Counted from the first letter of the stretch, positions 20,294 through 30,518 are shown. The stretch is DNA of 64,000 bases from Promethearchaeota archaeon (GCA_048938105.1 JBHLMN010000002.1:346214-410213); one strand, 5' to 3'. A program made the numbers and translations. Notes: generated by a model not told the origin, from the letters alone.

Positions 20294-20950
20294 ATGAGAT
20301 ATATCATTGTGAAAATAATAGGAGTACCTTTCTTAATTCTTTTCATGAATCTTGGCTTCATTTTAGTAGCTAGGGAAGTATTCAGCAATCTTTCAACAAT
20401 AGTCCCAATTCTTCTTCTTGATGCATTTATCTGTATAGATATCATTATAAGACCAATTTCTGCAAAAAAAGATAAGTTTAATCGATTTATTAGTGCAATT
20501 TCATTTTTATTAATACCAATCTGGTTTACATTACCATATTTTGAGTTCAAAGTGCTAATTTCTAAAAGTCTTCCTTCCTTCATATTAAATTGTGTATCAA
20601 TAATTGGAACTGTATTACTTGTTTTCGGAGGCCTTCTCTTGTTATTTAACCGGATACATCTAGGAAAATATGGCGGTCCAAAGCTTGTAATTGAAGAAGA
20701 ACACCAGCTAATAACCACAGGTCTGTATAAATTTGTTCGACACCCTATGTATTCTGGATTCTTAATCTTATTTTTTGGTTACTCTTTAGCTTTCGGGAGT
20801 ATTCTCATGACAATTACGATAACAACTGTTTTATTTCTAATATTTAAAACACGAATGGATATTGAGGAAAAACTACTAATAACAGAGTTCGGTGAAGAGT
20901 ATTCTACATATATGAAGCGAACTAAGCGGTTGTTCCCTTTATTGTATTAA
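20294..20950 (+). CDS. Isoprenylcysteine carboxyl methyltransferase (ICMT/PEMT) family membrane protein
   Basis: HQLITTGLYKFVRHPMY, EEKLL..FGEEY..Y. Confidence 0.9.
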   Translation: MRYIIVKIIGVPFLILFMNLGFILVAREVFSNLSTIVPILLLDAFICIDIIIRPISAKKDKFNRFISAISFLLIPIWFTLPYFEFKVLISKSLPSFILNCVSIIGTVLLVFGGLLLLFNRIHLGKYGGPKLVIEEEHQLITTGLYKFVRHPMYSGFLILFFGYSLAFGSILMTITITTVLFLIFKTRMDIEEKLLITEFGEEYSTYMKRTKRLFPLLY

Positions 20951-21022
20951 TAATTGTTTTTTAATTCAAGAAAGACTAAATCTCAGGGCATTACACATAT
21001 AGTAATTATAGGAGGTCAGAAA

Positions 21023-21901
21023 ATGGGAATAGAAAAAACTTCCAGTTACCATGAAGTTGAACTTATTGAAGAAGAAGCATCAGCTCTCTATGAGTTGGAG
21101 GAAATAACTAGATTGAAAATACCAAGTGGGAAATGTGGATTTTATAACTCAGGTTTCAAATTTAAAGACAAAAAAATTATCGGATTAAGCCTTCATCATA
21201 GAGAAATGTCCTATCTGCCTGGATGTATAGGTAATTTTCGCTACATTCAGAAATTGTATTTACGTGACAATCAACTAAGCGCTCTCCCTGATTGGATAGG
21301 TGACTTGCAAAATTTAAAGAATTTAGATGTATTCAATAACCAAATAAAATCCTTACCCAAGAGTATAGGAAAATTAGTGAACCTAGAGAGACTAGATTTA
21401 TCACGAAATCAGACGAAGAAATTACCAAAAAGCATAGGAAATCTAAAGAGGCTTAAGAGGTTAGGCTTGTTACATGTTCAATTGGAGTGTCTCCCACAAT
21501 CTATTGGAGAGTTAATAAACCTCCGAGATTTATGTGCAAACATAAATTACTTGAAATCATTACCTGAGTCACTTGGAAATTTAACCAAGCTTAAAGATTT
21601 AAGTCTTCATAAAAATCAATTAATAGCTGTTCCAGAAACTCTGGGAAACTTACAAAACCTAGAAGTATTAAGTTTACATAATAATAAATTGACTTTTCTT
21701 CCTGATAGCATTGGAAAATTAACTGAATTGAAAACATTAAGACTTGAGAATAATCGTTTGAATACACTGCCTTTAAATATTAAAAACTTAAAAAACCTTC
21801 AAAGTCTATGGATTGGCAATAATTTATTTGATAAGTTGTCTGACGAATTGGAAAACTGGATTAAATACCTGAAATCCTCAGGATGTAAGGTTAGGAGATA
21901 G
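21023..21901 (+). CDS. Leucine-rich repeat protein (about nine 23-aa LRRs)
   Basis: Repeated LPxxIGxLxxLxxLxLxxNxL; ATG at 21023 follows GGAGG. Confidence 0.93.
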   Translation: MGIEKTSSYHEVELIEEEASALYELEEITRLKIPSGKCGFYNSGFKFKDKKIIGLSLHHREMSYLPGCIGNFRYIQKLYLRDNQLSALPDWIGDLQNLKNLDVFNNQIKSLPKSIGKLVNLERLDLSRNQTKKLPKSIGNLKRLKRLGLLHVQLECLPQSIGELINLRDLCANINYLKSLPESLGNLTKLKDLSLHKNQLIAVPETLGNLQNLEVLSLHNNKLTFLPDSIGKLTELKTLRLENNRLNTLPLNIKNLKNLQSLWIGNNLFDKLSDELENWIKYLKSSGCKVRR

Positions 21902-21984
21902 ACAAAAATCATAAAAATAAAAGATGCCAGAATATAATTAAGTTAATTTGTAGAGTTTACCTAAGAATCCCATAGTGATCAATT

Positions 21985-23163
21985 ATGCCCATAAACCTGA
22001 ATCGTGAAGCACAAGTTGAATGGGATAAGTACTTAGAGGCCTCTTCAATCGATGACCAGATTTTTCACTTGGAAAGATTTCTTGGGGTCTGCGTGAAACA
22101 TAAGGGAGTCGAGAAACACTTAGCTATGGCTAAAACTAAATTAAAGAAGCTCAAAGCCCAAAAAGCGAAACTAACTAAATCAAAAAAAGGTTCAGGGGAA
22201 AAATGGCTTGTTCCTAAGGGAGAAGATGCCCAAATTGCAATAATAGGGAATGTTAATTCTGGAAAATCATCCGTTCTGAATGTTCTTGCTCAATCAGAGG
22301 CAGCGAAGGTAGGATCATATCCTTTTACAACAGTTAAACCAGAAGTGGGATCGATCACAGCAAACGGAGCACGTCTGCAGCTCGTAGAACTACCTGCATT
22401 GGTGGAAGGAAGCGTGAAGGGCGAGATGTCTGGAAAATTGGTTTTAGCAGGGATTCGTAATGCTGACTGTGTGCTGATTACAGTAGATTTATCGAAAGAT
22501 CCAGTTCAGCAGCTTCAGATTATTCTAACTGAACTAAGCAATGGAAAAATTCGCTTGAACATGTCAAAGCCTCCTGTGACTATCGAGAAAGTTGGTTCAG
22601 GTAATATCCAAGTGTTTAATGAACATTTTTTTGAGGGTGAAGGAGGGAAAGAGGCTGTAATTGAGGTTATGCGGGGTAATGGCTTTCTGAATGCCATTGT
22701 ACGTTTTCATGGGCCTGTTACAGTTGATCAATTTCTAGATGCACTCGATAAGACGATAACTTACCTTCCTGCCATAATTGTGGCCACAAAAGGAGACTTA
22801 GAAGGGTCTAGGCTGAAATACGAAACCCTTATTCAGTTTATAAACGGGTCCAACTTTAATTTTCAGGTCATACCAACATCTACTTTACAAAATGAGGGAT
22901 TTGAGGGAATGGAGGAAATTATATTCAATCAACTAGGAAAAATCCGTGTCTTTACTAGGGATGCTAAAGGAGAGATTGCTGAAAGACCTATCATATTGAA
23001 AAAAGGAAGTACAGTTGAAAATGCTATCCAAGTGTTAAGTAAAAAAATGTTGAAATTCTTCCGTTTCACTCGTATTTGGGGAAGTTCGGCAAAGTTTGAT
23101 GGAGAGAAAGTGGGATTGGATCGTGTTTTACACGATGGAGACGTGATTCAAGTTTTTGCGTAG
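21985..23163 (+). CDS. DRG/OBG-family GTPase with TGS domain
   Basis: G1 GNVNSGKS, G2 YPFTT, G4 TKGD, TGS tail IWGSSAKFDGEKVG...LHDGDV. Confidence 0.9.
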   Translation: MPINLNREAQVEWDKYLEASSIDDQIFHLERFLGVCVKHKGVEKHLAMAKTKLKKLKAQKAKLTKSKKGSGEKWLVPKGEDAQIAIIGNVNSGKSSVLNVLAQSEAAKVGSYPFTTVKPEVGSITANGARLQLVELPALVEGSVKGEMSGKLVLAGIRNADCVLITVDLSKDPVQQLQIILTELSNGKIRLNMSKPPVTIEKVGSGNIQVFNEHFFEGEGGKEAVIEVMRGNGFLNAIVRFHGPVTVDQFLDALDKTITYLPAIIVATKGDLEGSRLKYETLIQFINGSNFNFQVIPTSTLQNEGFEGMEEIIFNQLGKIRVFTRDAKGEIAERPIILKKGSTVENAIQVLSKKMLKFFRFTRIWGSSAKFDGEKVGLDRVLHDGDVIQVFA

Positions 23164-23284
23164 ACAAAATTACCATAAGAAAGATTCAGTTTCTTTGCGA
23201 AAATCAAAAAAGTTTTAAATGTTTGCGTCACTTATTCAAACAGAGCAATATTTGTGCAAATAATACTCAAGACTGATCCCTAAG

Positions 23285-24301
23285 ATGGAGCAACAGAGTT
23301 CCCTTCCCGTTGATGAAAATGCCTTTCCAAGATTTCTTGAAGGTAAAGATTTCTATTCAATGTTTTTTGAAGCTTTCAATAAGTTAGCAAGATATATTGA
23401 TCTGATTAATGATATCAATGTATTTCCTGTGCCTGACGGTGATACTGGAATTAATATGTACCAGACTTTTAGATCAATTGTTAATGAAATTAAAAATGTT
23501 AAGGAAAGTAATCATTGTGGTAAGATCATTTCTGCTGCATCTCTTGGAGCTTTTCGGGGTAGTGTTGGTAATTCTGGAATTATCCTAGCAGAATATTTTC
23601 GTGGTTTAGAAAAGATCTGTGGATATTTTTATACTATTGACAGTGTCTTATTTGCTAGGGGATTAAAATCAGCAGCTACCCTAGCCTATCAAGCTGTAGA
23701 GCATCCTAAGGAGGGAACTATTCTTACTGTAGCCCGAATAATCGCAGAAACAGCTATGAAGTGGGCTAATACTTTAATTAGTCCTTATGAGTTACTTTTT
23801 TTAGTTTTTGATAAGGCAAAAATAGCTTTACTAGACACTCATCGTCTTTTGCATGAAGCAAACTTCGCTGGAGTTGTTGATGCAGGAGCAATAGGTTTAG
23901 TCCTCATCTTTGAGGGATTTATTAGCGCACTAGTTCGTAAACCCCAAATTATTATCACCTCATTTCAAACCATTGATGAGGATTTACTTCCATTTTTAAA
24001 ACCAAAAATCAATTCACAAGAGAATAACCCAGAATTTGAGTTAATCTTTAGAATTAGTAATTTAATGAAGCCTTTAGATCTCATTAAAGTTGAGCTTAGG
24101 AAGGAAGGAAACTGCCTTTTAGTTATCAGTAATGATTCATTATCAGAAATTAAAGTTCATATTCATTGTTCTAATCCCAACAAAGTTATAAGCAAAATGA
24201 GAAGTTTTGTTGGTTCTTTCGAATTAATTTCGATTCAGGCATTACATGAGCAAAATCTCGAGCTCATTGAACGTATTGAAAAGACTGTAAAAGTTGATTA
24301 G
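23285..24301 (+). CDS. fakA: Fatty acid kinase catalytic subunit (DAK2/FakA-like; lacks the C-terminal domain)
   Basis: INVFPVPDGDTGINM, GNSGIIL, AYQAV..PKEGTILTV, GVVDAGA, KVHIH. Confidence 0.88.
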   Translation: MEQQSSLPVDENAFPRFLEGKDFYSMFFEAFNKLARYIDLINDINVFPVPDGDTGINMYQTFRSIVNEIKNVKESNHCGKIISAASLGAFRGSVGNSGIILAEYFRGLEKICGYFYTIDSVLFARGLKSAATLAYQAVEHPKEGTILTVARIIAETAMKWANTLISPYELLFLVFDKAKIALLDTHRLLHEANFAGVVDAGAIGLVLIFEGFISALVRKPQIIITSFQTIDEDLLPFLKPKINSQENNPEFELIFRISNLMKPLDLIKVELRKEGNCLLVISNDSLSEIKVHIHCSNPNKVISKMRSFVGSFELISIQALHEQNLELIERIEKTVKVD

Positions 24302-24303
24302 CA

Positions 24304-25191
24304 TTGAAAGTTGGTATCGTTACCGATTCAATGAGTGATTTATCTCCTGAGCTTGCTAAAAAATATGGGATTGTAATTGTGCCTGGAACAGTGTTTATTG
24401 ATAATAACCCTTATCGTAGCGGAATCGATATATTTCCAAGTGATATTGAAGACCTTATAATAGAAAATAGTAAGAAAATAAGCACAGGAGCACCTTCTGC
24501 AGCAGAATATTACAACGCCTATACACACCTTTATGATATTGTGGATATTATTCTAAGTATTCATAGTCCTAGTAAGGTTACAGCTACTTCGAGTGTGGCA
24601 AGAGTTGCAGCTAAACGATTAGAAGATCCAACGAGAGTAATTAGATTCGAATGTGGTGTTGGATCCTTGGGGTTAGGCTTAACCGCAATTGCAGCGGCTA
24701 TCACAGCAAAACAAGTGAGGGAACTATCAGAACTACTTCAAAGAGTCGCAGAATACTGTGAGAGGATTCAGATCATTGGAACCCTTGATTCATTCAAATA
24801 TCTTCAGAGAAGCGGACGAGTCAAACTAAAAATTACTGGTTTTCTGGCGAATGCTCTCTCTGTTAAACCTGTATTAATGATGCACGGAGATGATATTATT
24901 CTTTTAGAAAAACCACGAAATCGGCAAAAGGCTCTTGATTTTATGATTGAATCAGTGATTAAAAATATTGACATGAAATGTATCCCGAAAATGATAGGAA
25001 TAGGCCATTTCAGTTGTGTTGAAGAAGCGAGAGGAGTTGAGGGTATTATCAGACAGAATTTTCCTGAACATGAGATTATCCAGGGAAACGTTGATCCAAT
25101 GATCGTTGCTCATACAGGCCCAGGGTTGATCTTGCTTTCATTTTTCGGTACATTAGATAATTCAGATAGAGGAGAAAGCATCAATGATTGA
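24304..25191 (+). CDS. fakB: DegV-family fatty-acid-binding protein (FakB)
   Basis: IVTDSMSDL, STGAPS, YLQRSGR, LSVKPVL, AHTGPG. Confidence 0.9.
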   Translation: MKVGIVTDSMSDLSPELAKKYGIVIVPGTVFIDNNPYRSGIDIFPSDIEDLIIENSKKISTGAPSAAEYYNAYTHLYDIVDIILSIHSPSKVTATSSVARVAAKRLEDPTRVIRFECGVGSLGLGLTAIAAAITAKQVRELSELLQRVAEYCERIQIIGTLDSFKYLQRSGRVKLKITGFLANALSVKPVLMMHGDDIILLEKPRNRQKALDFMIESVIKNIDMKCIPKMIGIGHFSCVEEARGVEGIIRQNFPEHEIIQGNVDPMIVAHTGPGLILLSFFGTLDNSDRGESIND

Positions 25192-25861
25192 AGTCCTAGT
25201 AGCAGGATTTTTTGGATATCTGATGGGGTCAATTTTCATTTCCTATTTTCTAGTTTATTTTGTCAAAGGAATCGATTTGACGAAAGTAGGAACTGGTCAA
25301 TTAGGCGCATCAAATACTGGGCGAATTTTAGGATGGCCAGTAATGATTCTTGTGGGTTTATTTGATATTTTTAAAGCAGCCTTTGCTCTTTTCGTCATAA
25401 CGTTTTTTTTTGGATCTTCTCCTTGTTATGGGGCTACAATTATCCTTAGTAGCTGCGGTATTATTATTGGGCATACTCATTCGCTTCTGATCTATTTACA
25501 TAAAAGGGAATGGTGTGGAGGAAAGGGTGGAGCTCCTCTCGGTGGTGTGATCTTTTTTCTTTCTTGGGAGAGTTTTTTGATTCTTTATTTCTTTTTAATG
25601 CCTTTGATCCAACTTGGGAAAAGACTGTGGAAAAAACAAAGCATATATGAAAACTTCATTCCCAATGCTATTGTTGGGTTTTTCACTCCCTTTGTCGTTT
25701 TATATTTAACTGGTAATCCGCTTTACGTATTTTTAATCCTATTGCTACTAGGAATTATTGTTTATTCCGAGAGAGAAAAGGTCAAGAGTATTTTATTCCC
25801 TAATTCAGATGATAAAGATTCTATATCAAGTTCTTATCTTGGGATTAATAAGAGCTATTAA
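25184..25861 (+). CDS. plsY: Acyl-phosphate:glycerol-phosphate acyltransferase PlsY-like
   Basis: YLMGSI, DLTKVGTGQLGASNTGR (motif 1), DIFK, GH, GGKGGA (motif 2); multiple TM helices. Confidence 0.85.
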   Translation: MIEVLVAGFFGYLMGSIFISYFLVYFVKGIDLTKVGTGQLGASNTGRILGWPVMILVGLFDIFKAAFALFVITFFFGSSPCYGATIILSSCGIIIGHTHSLLIYLHKREWCGGKGGAPLGGVIFFLSWESFLILYFFLMPLIQLGKRLWKKQSIYENFIPNAIVGFFTPFVVLYLTGNPLYVFLILLLLGIIVYSEREKVKSILFPNSDDKDSISSSYLGINKSY

Positions 25862-26042
25862 AATGTTCATCATAAAAAAGCTAAAAATATACTCTAAAAG
25901 TGACCCAAACAGTATAAAAATTCCATTAGCTCATATTTCCTCAGACCAAGCGGCTCAGAGCAATACTAAAACTTAGTTTTTGCAATAAGCAGCTTCATAA
26001 GAAAAATAGTTCAGTCATTATCAAGACCTAGAGTGATTTTTT

Positions 26043-28826
26043 ATGGATGAATATTGGCATTCAGAGAATCTCAACGTTTTATTCGATCAATTGGGAGTGG
26101 ATGATAGTGGTTTATCGGATGCAGACGCTGAACAAAGACTCAGACAATATGGCCTAAATGAATTAGAGCGAGCAGAGAAGAAACATCCGATATTTCTTTT
26201 TTTTGCTCAATTCACAGATCCATTAGTTATAATTTTACTTGCTGCTTTGGTTATATCAGTCAGTATAGGGATTTTTTCTCCTGATGAGCATCAGCGATTG
26301 GAGTATTTCATTGATGCTCTTGCGATTTCCGCCATAATAACGTTCAACGCGTTTTTTGGGTTTATTCAAGAGTACAAAGCCGAGAAATCAATTGAAGCAC
26401 TGAAATCAATGGCAGCTCCCTTTACCACAGTCGTTCGTGAGGGGAAGAAGCAGAGAATTGAAGCCCAATATCTTGTACCTGGAGATGTCATCATAATAGA
26501 AGAAGGAGACAAGATTCCTGCGGATGGCCGCCTGCTTGAATCGCATTCTTTGCGCGTCGATGAATCCGCGCTTACTGGAGAGTCTTTTCCTGCTGCAAAA
26601 GAAGCAATGAGTCAACCTATGCCCTATGCACCAATCGCGGATCGTGAAAATTCAGTATATAGTGGTACTAATGTTACAAGAGGTCGTGGTCAAGCTTTAA
26701 TTATTAAAACTGGCATGCAAACCGAGTTTGGTAAGATTGCAAAAGGTTTATTGGAAGAAAAGGTTGAAGAAACTCCTCTTCAAAAGAGATTAGCTACTCT
26801 CGGAAAATGGATTGGAATAGCTAGTTTGACCATTTGTGCTATCATATTCATCATCGGTGTGCTTCTACAGCGAGGAGCTATTGAAATGTTCATTGTTGCT
26901 GTTGGTTTAGCTGTAGCAGCTGTTCCAGAGGGCCTTCCTGCTGTTGTTACACTTGCCTTAGCTCTTGGAGTTCAACGTATGAGTCGGAAAAATGCTATTA
27001 TTAGACGACTTCCCTCTGTTGAGACCCTAGGTTCAACAACAGTCATTTGCTCCGATAAAACTGGAACTCTTACGAGAAACAAAATGACTGTTCGGAAAAT
27101 TCTTACTGTAGATGATGAATACAATGCTTCTAAAAACACTCCTATGAATGATGTACTTAGTTTGATTCTTACCATCGGTTCAGAATGCAACAATGCACAG
27201 CTTGCAGATTCTGAAAGGAAGAATGAGGGGGAATCAAAGGAAGTTGATATTGGTGATCCGACAGAAATTGCCATATTAAGAGTCGCAGAAAGAATGAACA
27301 TGTTTGATTCGACGAAAGTACGATATAAGCGATTGTATGAGGTACCCTTTGATTCTGACTCGAAACGTATGAGTGTATTAGTACAAAACCTCCAGGGGGA
27401 ATACTTTGTATTCACGAAGGGAGCTCCTGATGTTCTAATTAGCTTATGCGCATATTACTTCTCTAATGGAGAAATTAAACCTCTTAATGATGAAACACGT
27501 GTTAAATTAGAAGAAGCAGAGCAGAATCTTGCAAAGACTGGTTATCGAATGCTTGGAATGGCTTTTAAATCTGTAGATCCAAAAACAGCCAAAATTGACA
27601 AAATCTTATTATCCGAGGATACCGAAGAGATTGAGTCTCAACTGGTCTATGTTGGAGCCATGGCTATCATGGATCCTCCAAGAAAGGGTACCAAGGCTGC
27701 CATTGAAACTTGTAAGAATGCAGGTATTCGACCAGTCATGATTACTGGTGATCATCTTAAAACAGCTGTCGCGGTGGCAGCTGAAATCGGATTAGTGTCA
27801 TCGAACGAGCCAACACGATCAATGGAAGGAAGTGAATTGGCTAAAATTAGTGATGAAGAGCTTGCAAGAGTAGTTATGGATGTAAATATTTTTGCTCGGG
27901 TATCACCAGAACACAAACTCAAACTAGTTTCTGCTTTAAAATCCCATAATGAGATTGTTGCTATGACTGGGGATGGAGTTAATGATGCACCTGCTTTAAA
28001 ACATGCTGATATAGGAGTAGCAATGGGTATTGCTGGAACAGATGTATCAAAAGAAGCCTCAGACATGATTTTAGCGGACGATGATTTTTCAACCATTATT
28101 GGTGCAGTTCTTGAAGGAAGAACGATATATGATAATATGAGAAAATTTATTCTCTACTTGCTTTCCTGTAATGCAGGGGAAATTGCAGTTATGTTTTTTG
28201 GAATTCTTCTCACATCACTCATTTTTCAGACACCAATATTGCCTCTTCTTGCAATTCAAATTCTTTGGGTTAATTTAATAACTGATGGACTTCCAGCTCT
28301 TGCAATGGGAGTTGATCCCCCTGACCCTGATGTTATGATCAGACAACCACGCGATCCTAAAGAGCCAATTCTCACACGAAAGTCAGTGTTTTTCATAATA
28401 TATTCAGGATTCATTATTGCAGTTGGAACATTATTCTTATTTTTCTTATATATGTATTCTGATGTTTTTACTGGTCAGCTTCCTTCTGAAGACACTCGAA
28501 TCCGTGCACAAACAGTTGCTTTTACAATGCTGATTATGTTTCAGATGATTATGGCTATAAACATTCGGAAAGAAGAGCATTCATTACTTGGGAAAGAGTT
28601 CGTTCGAAATCCTTACCTTTTACTTGCTATTGCAAGTTCAGTCGTTCTTCATATATTAATAGTCTACATTCCTTTTTTCCAACCATTTTTTAACACTATT
28701 GAACTTAATCCTTTTGATTGGTTTATGATAATTGCTCTTGGGAGTATTCTTATAATAGTGGATGAAGTACGAACATTCATCGCACATAAAATACCTCGGT
28801 TACAAAAGATAGCAGGATACTGGTGA
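26043..28826 (+). CDS. P-type IIA (SERCA-like) Ca2+-transporting ATPase
   Basis: TGES, PEGL, DKTGT, KGAPD, GDGVND; M5 LSCNAGE and M6 WVNLITDG Ca-site residues. Confidence 0.93.
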   Translation: MDEYWHSENLNVLFDQLGVDDSGLSDADAEQRLRQYGLNELERAEKKHPIFLFFAQFTDPLVIILLAALVISVSIGIFSPDEHQRLEYFIDALAISAIITFNAFFGFIQEYKAEKSIEALKSMAAPFTTVVREGKKQRIEAQYLVPGDVIIIEEGDKIPADGRLLESHSLRVDESALTGESFPAAKEAMSQPMPYAPIADRENSVYSGTNVTRGRGQALIIKTGMQTEFGKIAKGLLEEKVEETPLQKRLATLGKWIGIASLTICAIIFIIGVLLQRGAIEMFIVAVGLAVAAVPEGLPAVVTLALALGVQRMSRKNAIIRRLPSVETLGSTTVICSDKTGTLTRNKMTVRKILTVDDEYNASKNTPMNDVLSLILTIGSECNNAQLADSERKNEGESKEVDIGDPTEIAILRVAERMNMFDSTKVRYKRLYEVPFDSDSKRMSVLVQNLQGEYFVFTKGAPDVLISLCAYYFSNGEIKPLNDETRVKLEEAEQNLAKTGYRMLGMAFKSVDPKTAKIDKILLSEDTEEIESQLVYVGAMAIMDPPRKGTKAAIETCKNAGIRPVMITGDHLKTAVAVAAEIGLVSSNEPTRSMEGSELAKISDEELARVVMDVNIFARVSPEHKLKLVSALKSHNEIVAMTGDGVNDAPALKHADIGVAMGIAGTDVSKEASDMILADDDFSTIIGAVLEGRTIYDNMRKFILYLLSCNAGEIAVMFFGILLTSLIFQTPILPLLAIQILWVNLITDGLPALAMGVDPPDPDVMIRQPRDPKEPILTRKSVFFIIYSGFIIAVGTLFLFFLYMYSDVFTGQLPSEDTRIRAQTVAFTMLIMFQMIMAINIRKEEHSLLGKEFVRNPYLLLAIASSVVLHILIVYIPFFQPFFNTIELNPFDWFMIIALGSILIIVDEVRTFIAHKIPRLQKIAGYW

Positions 28827-28846
28827 ATAATTGATGTAAAGAAAGA

Positions 28847-28878
28847 TTAGGTTCGATTATTCAATGACTTGAACCTAA
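28847..28878 (+). terminator. Hairpin after the P-type ATPase
   Basis: TTAGGTTCGA...TTGAACCTAA, 10-bp stem with one G-U pair, 20 nt after the stop. Confidence 0.45.
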
Positions 28879-29009
28879 AGATGGAAAATACTAATAAATA
28901 AAGAGAAGACAAAAAACAAGGATATCAATGATGTAAAGTGTCTTTAAGAACGAGTACTCTTTTGAAAATATAAACAAATAACTCACTTTCAGAAAGATGG
29001 GGTACACAA

Positions 29010-30518
29010 TTGGTTTCAATACTAAGAACCAGAGTTTCTCGCATATCTAATGCAGTGATATTTTTCGCATTAGCTTTGGTTCAAATCGTGATTGTTTCAT
29101 GGATTAGTATTAGCCAAGAGGCGAAACCAGAATTTTTGGAATTCCAATGGATTACTCAGTGGCATTTTTTAGGTTTTTATATTTCTATCAACCCTATGGC
29201 TGATCCTAGATTCACTGTTTTGTTAATAGTACTAACGGCTGGGCTGCAATTATTATTATTAGGATTTCTGGTAAATGTTGTGTTTTCAAATAAAAATATG
29301 GTTCAGATTTACCCTGAACCGTTATATGGTCCTTCTTATGCTCCTGAAGAAGCTCCATTGGTTGATAAAACAATCGAACTAGTAACAAGAGTTTCAAAAA
29401 AGGTGAGAATTAAAGTTAAAAAGATCTTTGTTTATCGAAAAGCGGTACCTAACGCATTTTCTCTTGATCTTCTGCCAATTCCTTTTTTTCGAAGACCATA
29501 CTTAGTTCTTAACACTAATGTTTTAGAAATTCTGAATGATAACGAAATTGAGGCAGTTATTGCTCATGAACTTGCCCACGTTAAAAATAGTGATAGTCTA
29601 ATTCGATTAATATTATCTATTCCCCGTTTGTTCCTTAATCTTGTTTATATCTTTATATACCTACAAATCGTTACAGGTATATTAGTTGCAATTTTTGATA
29701 CTTTTAATCCTGGAATAGCCTTAGAACGAGTTATTTTCCTGGGATTAATGTATTTGATTATAGCAATTGTCACAAAAATAACAGTTCATTTTCTTTCCTC
29801 CGCTAATCGTCAGGCTGAATATCTGGCAGATTATTTTGCAGCTACTTTGGTTGGTTCAGATGTTTTAATTAACTCTTTAATTCATCTAGGCCAACGGAGT
29901 GAAACAATGCAAGTGCTATCCCGAGAGATTGAGTGGCTTGCGAGTCTTTCAGAAGAGAAAAAGCCTTCTAGTACATTTCTAGGGAGGATTTATCAGCGGT
30001 TTCCCAAAACACAACTCAATGAGGATGTTGCTCGTGAAATTGCCCCAAAAATCTTCTTAGAAGAGAAACTTGAAGAGCTTGTGACTCATTACGGTATAGA
30101 TCTAGATATAGGGGAGAGGATACAGCTTGTAAATAGGGCTGTTCCTGTTTTACTAAAAAAGAGAGCTAAATATTTTATATCATTAGAAAAAAAAAGAGAA
30201 AAAGAAAATGAAGTAGACTTAACTCCTAGCATTCTAAAAGCAAAAACAATCGATTGGCGACATTTTGACTACAATGCCAGTCAAACCCTCGAAGACGAGG
30301 AAATTGAAAGTTTTATTGCCACGTTAATTGCTCAACCAGATAAAATGGTTTTTGAGCACGAGCTTTTTCAAACACCAGAAAAAGACGGTGATCACCCAAA
30401 CTTTCGAGAAAGAATTCTTAGAATCTTCCGTATCTTTCATCTGAATGAGTATGAGAAGATTGTAGAGCAAATTGCCTCTGAAATCCCATCAAAAGTCGTT
30501 TCTGATTCTCAATCATAA
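29010..30518 (+). CDS. M48/HtpX-like membrane zinc protease with a large cytoplasmic insertion
   Basis: PNAF, AVIAHELAH (HEXXH), QAEYLAD, HPNFRERI; TM helices. Confidence 0.88.
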   Translation: MVSILRTRVSRISNAVIFFALALVQIVIVSWISISQEAKPEFLEFQWITQWHFLGFYISINPMADPRFTVLLIVLTAGLQLLLLGFLVNVVFSNKNMVQIYPEPLYGPSYAPEEAPLVDKTIELVTRVSKKVRIKVKKIFVYRKAVPNAFSLDLLPIPFFRRPYLVLNTNVLEILNDNEIEAVIAHELAHVKNSDSLIRLILSIPRLFLNLVYIFIYLQIVTGILVAIFDTFNPGIALERVIFLGLMYLIIAIVTKITVHFLSSANRQAEYLADYFAATLVGSDVLINSLIHLGQRSETMQVLSREIEWLASLSEEKKPSSTFLGRIYQRFPKTQLNEDVAREIAPKIFLEEKLEELVTHYGIDLDIGERIQLVNRAVPVLLKKRAKYFISLEKKREKENEVDLTPSILKAKTIDWRHFDYNASQTLEDEEIESFIATLIAQPDKMVFEHELFQTPEKDGDHPNFRERILRIFRIFHLNEYEKIVEQIASEIPSKVVSDSQS

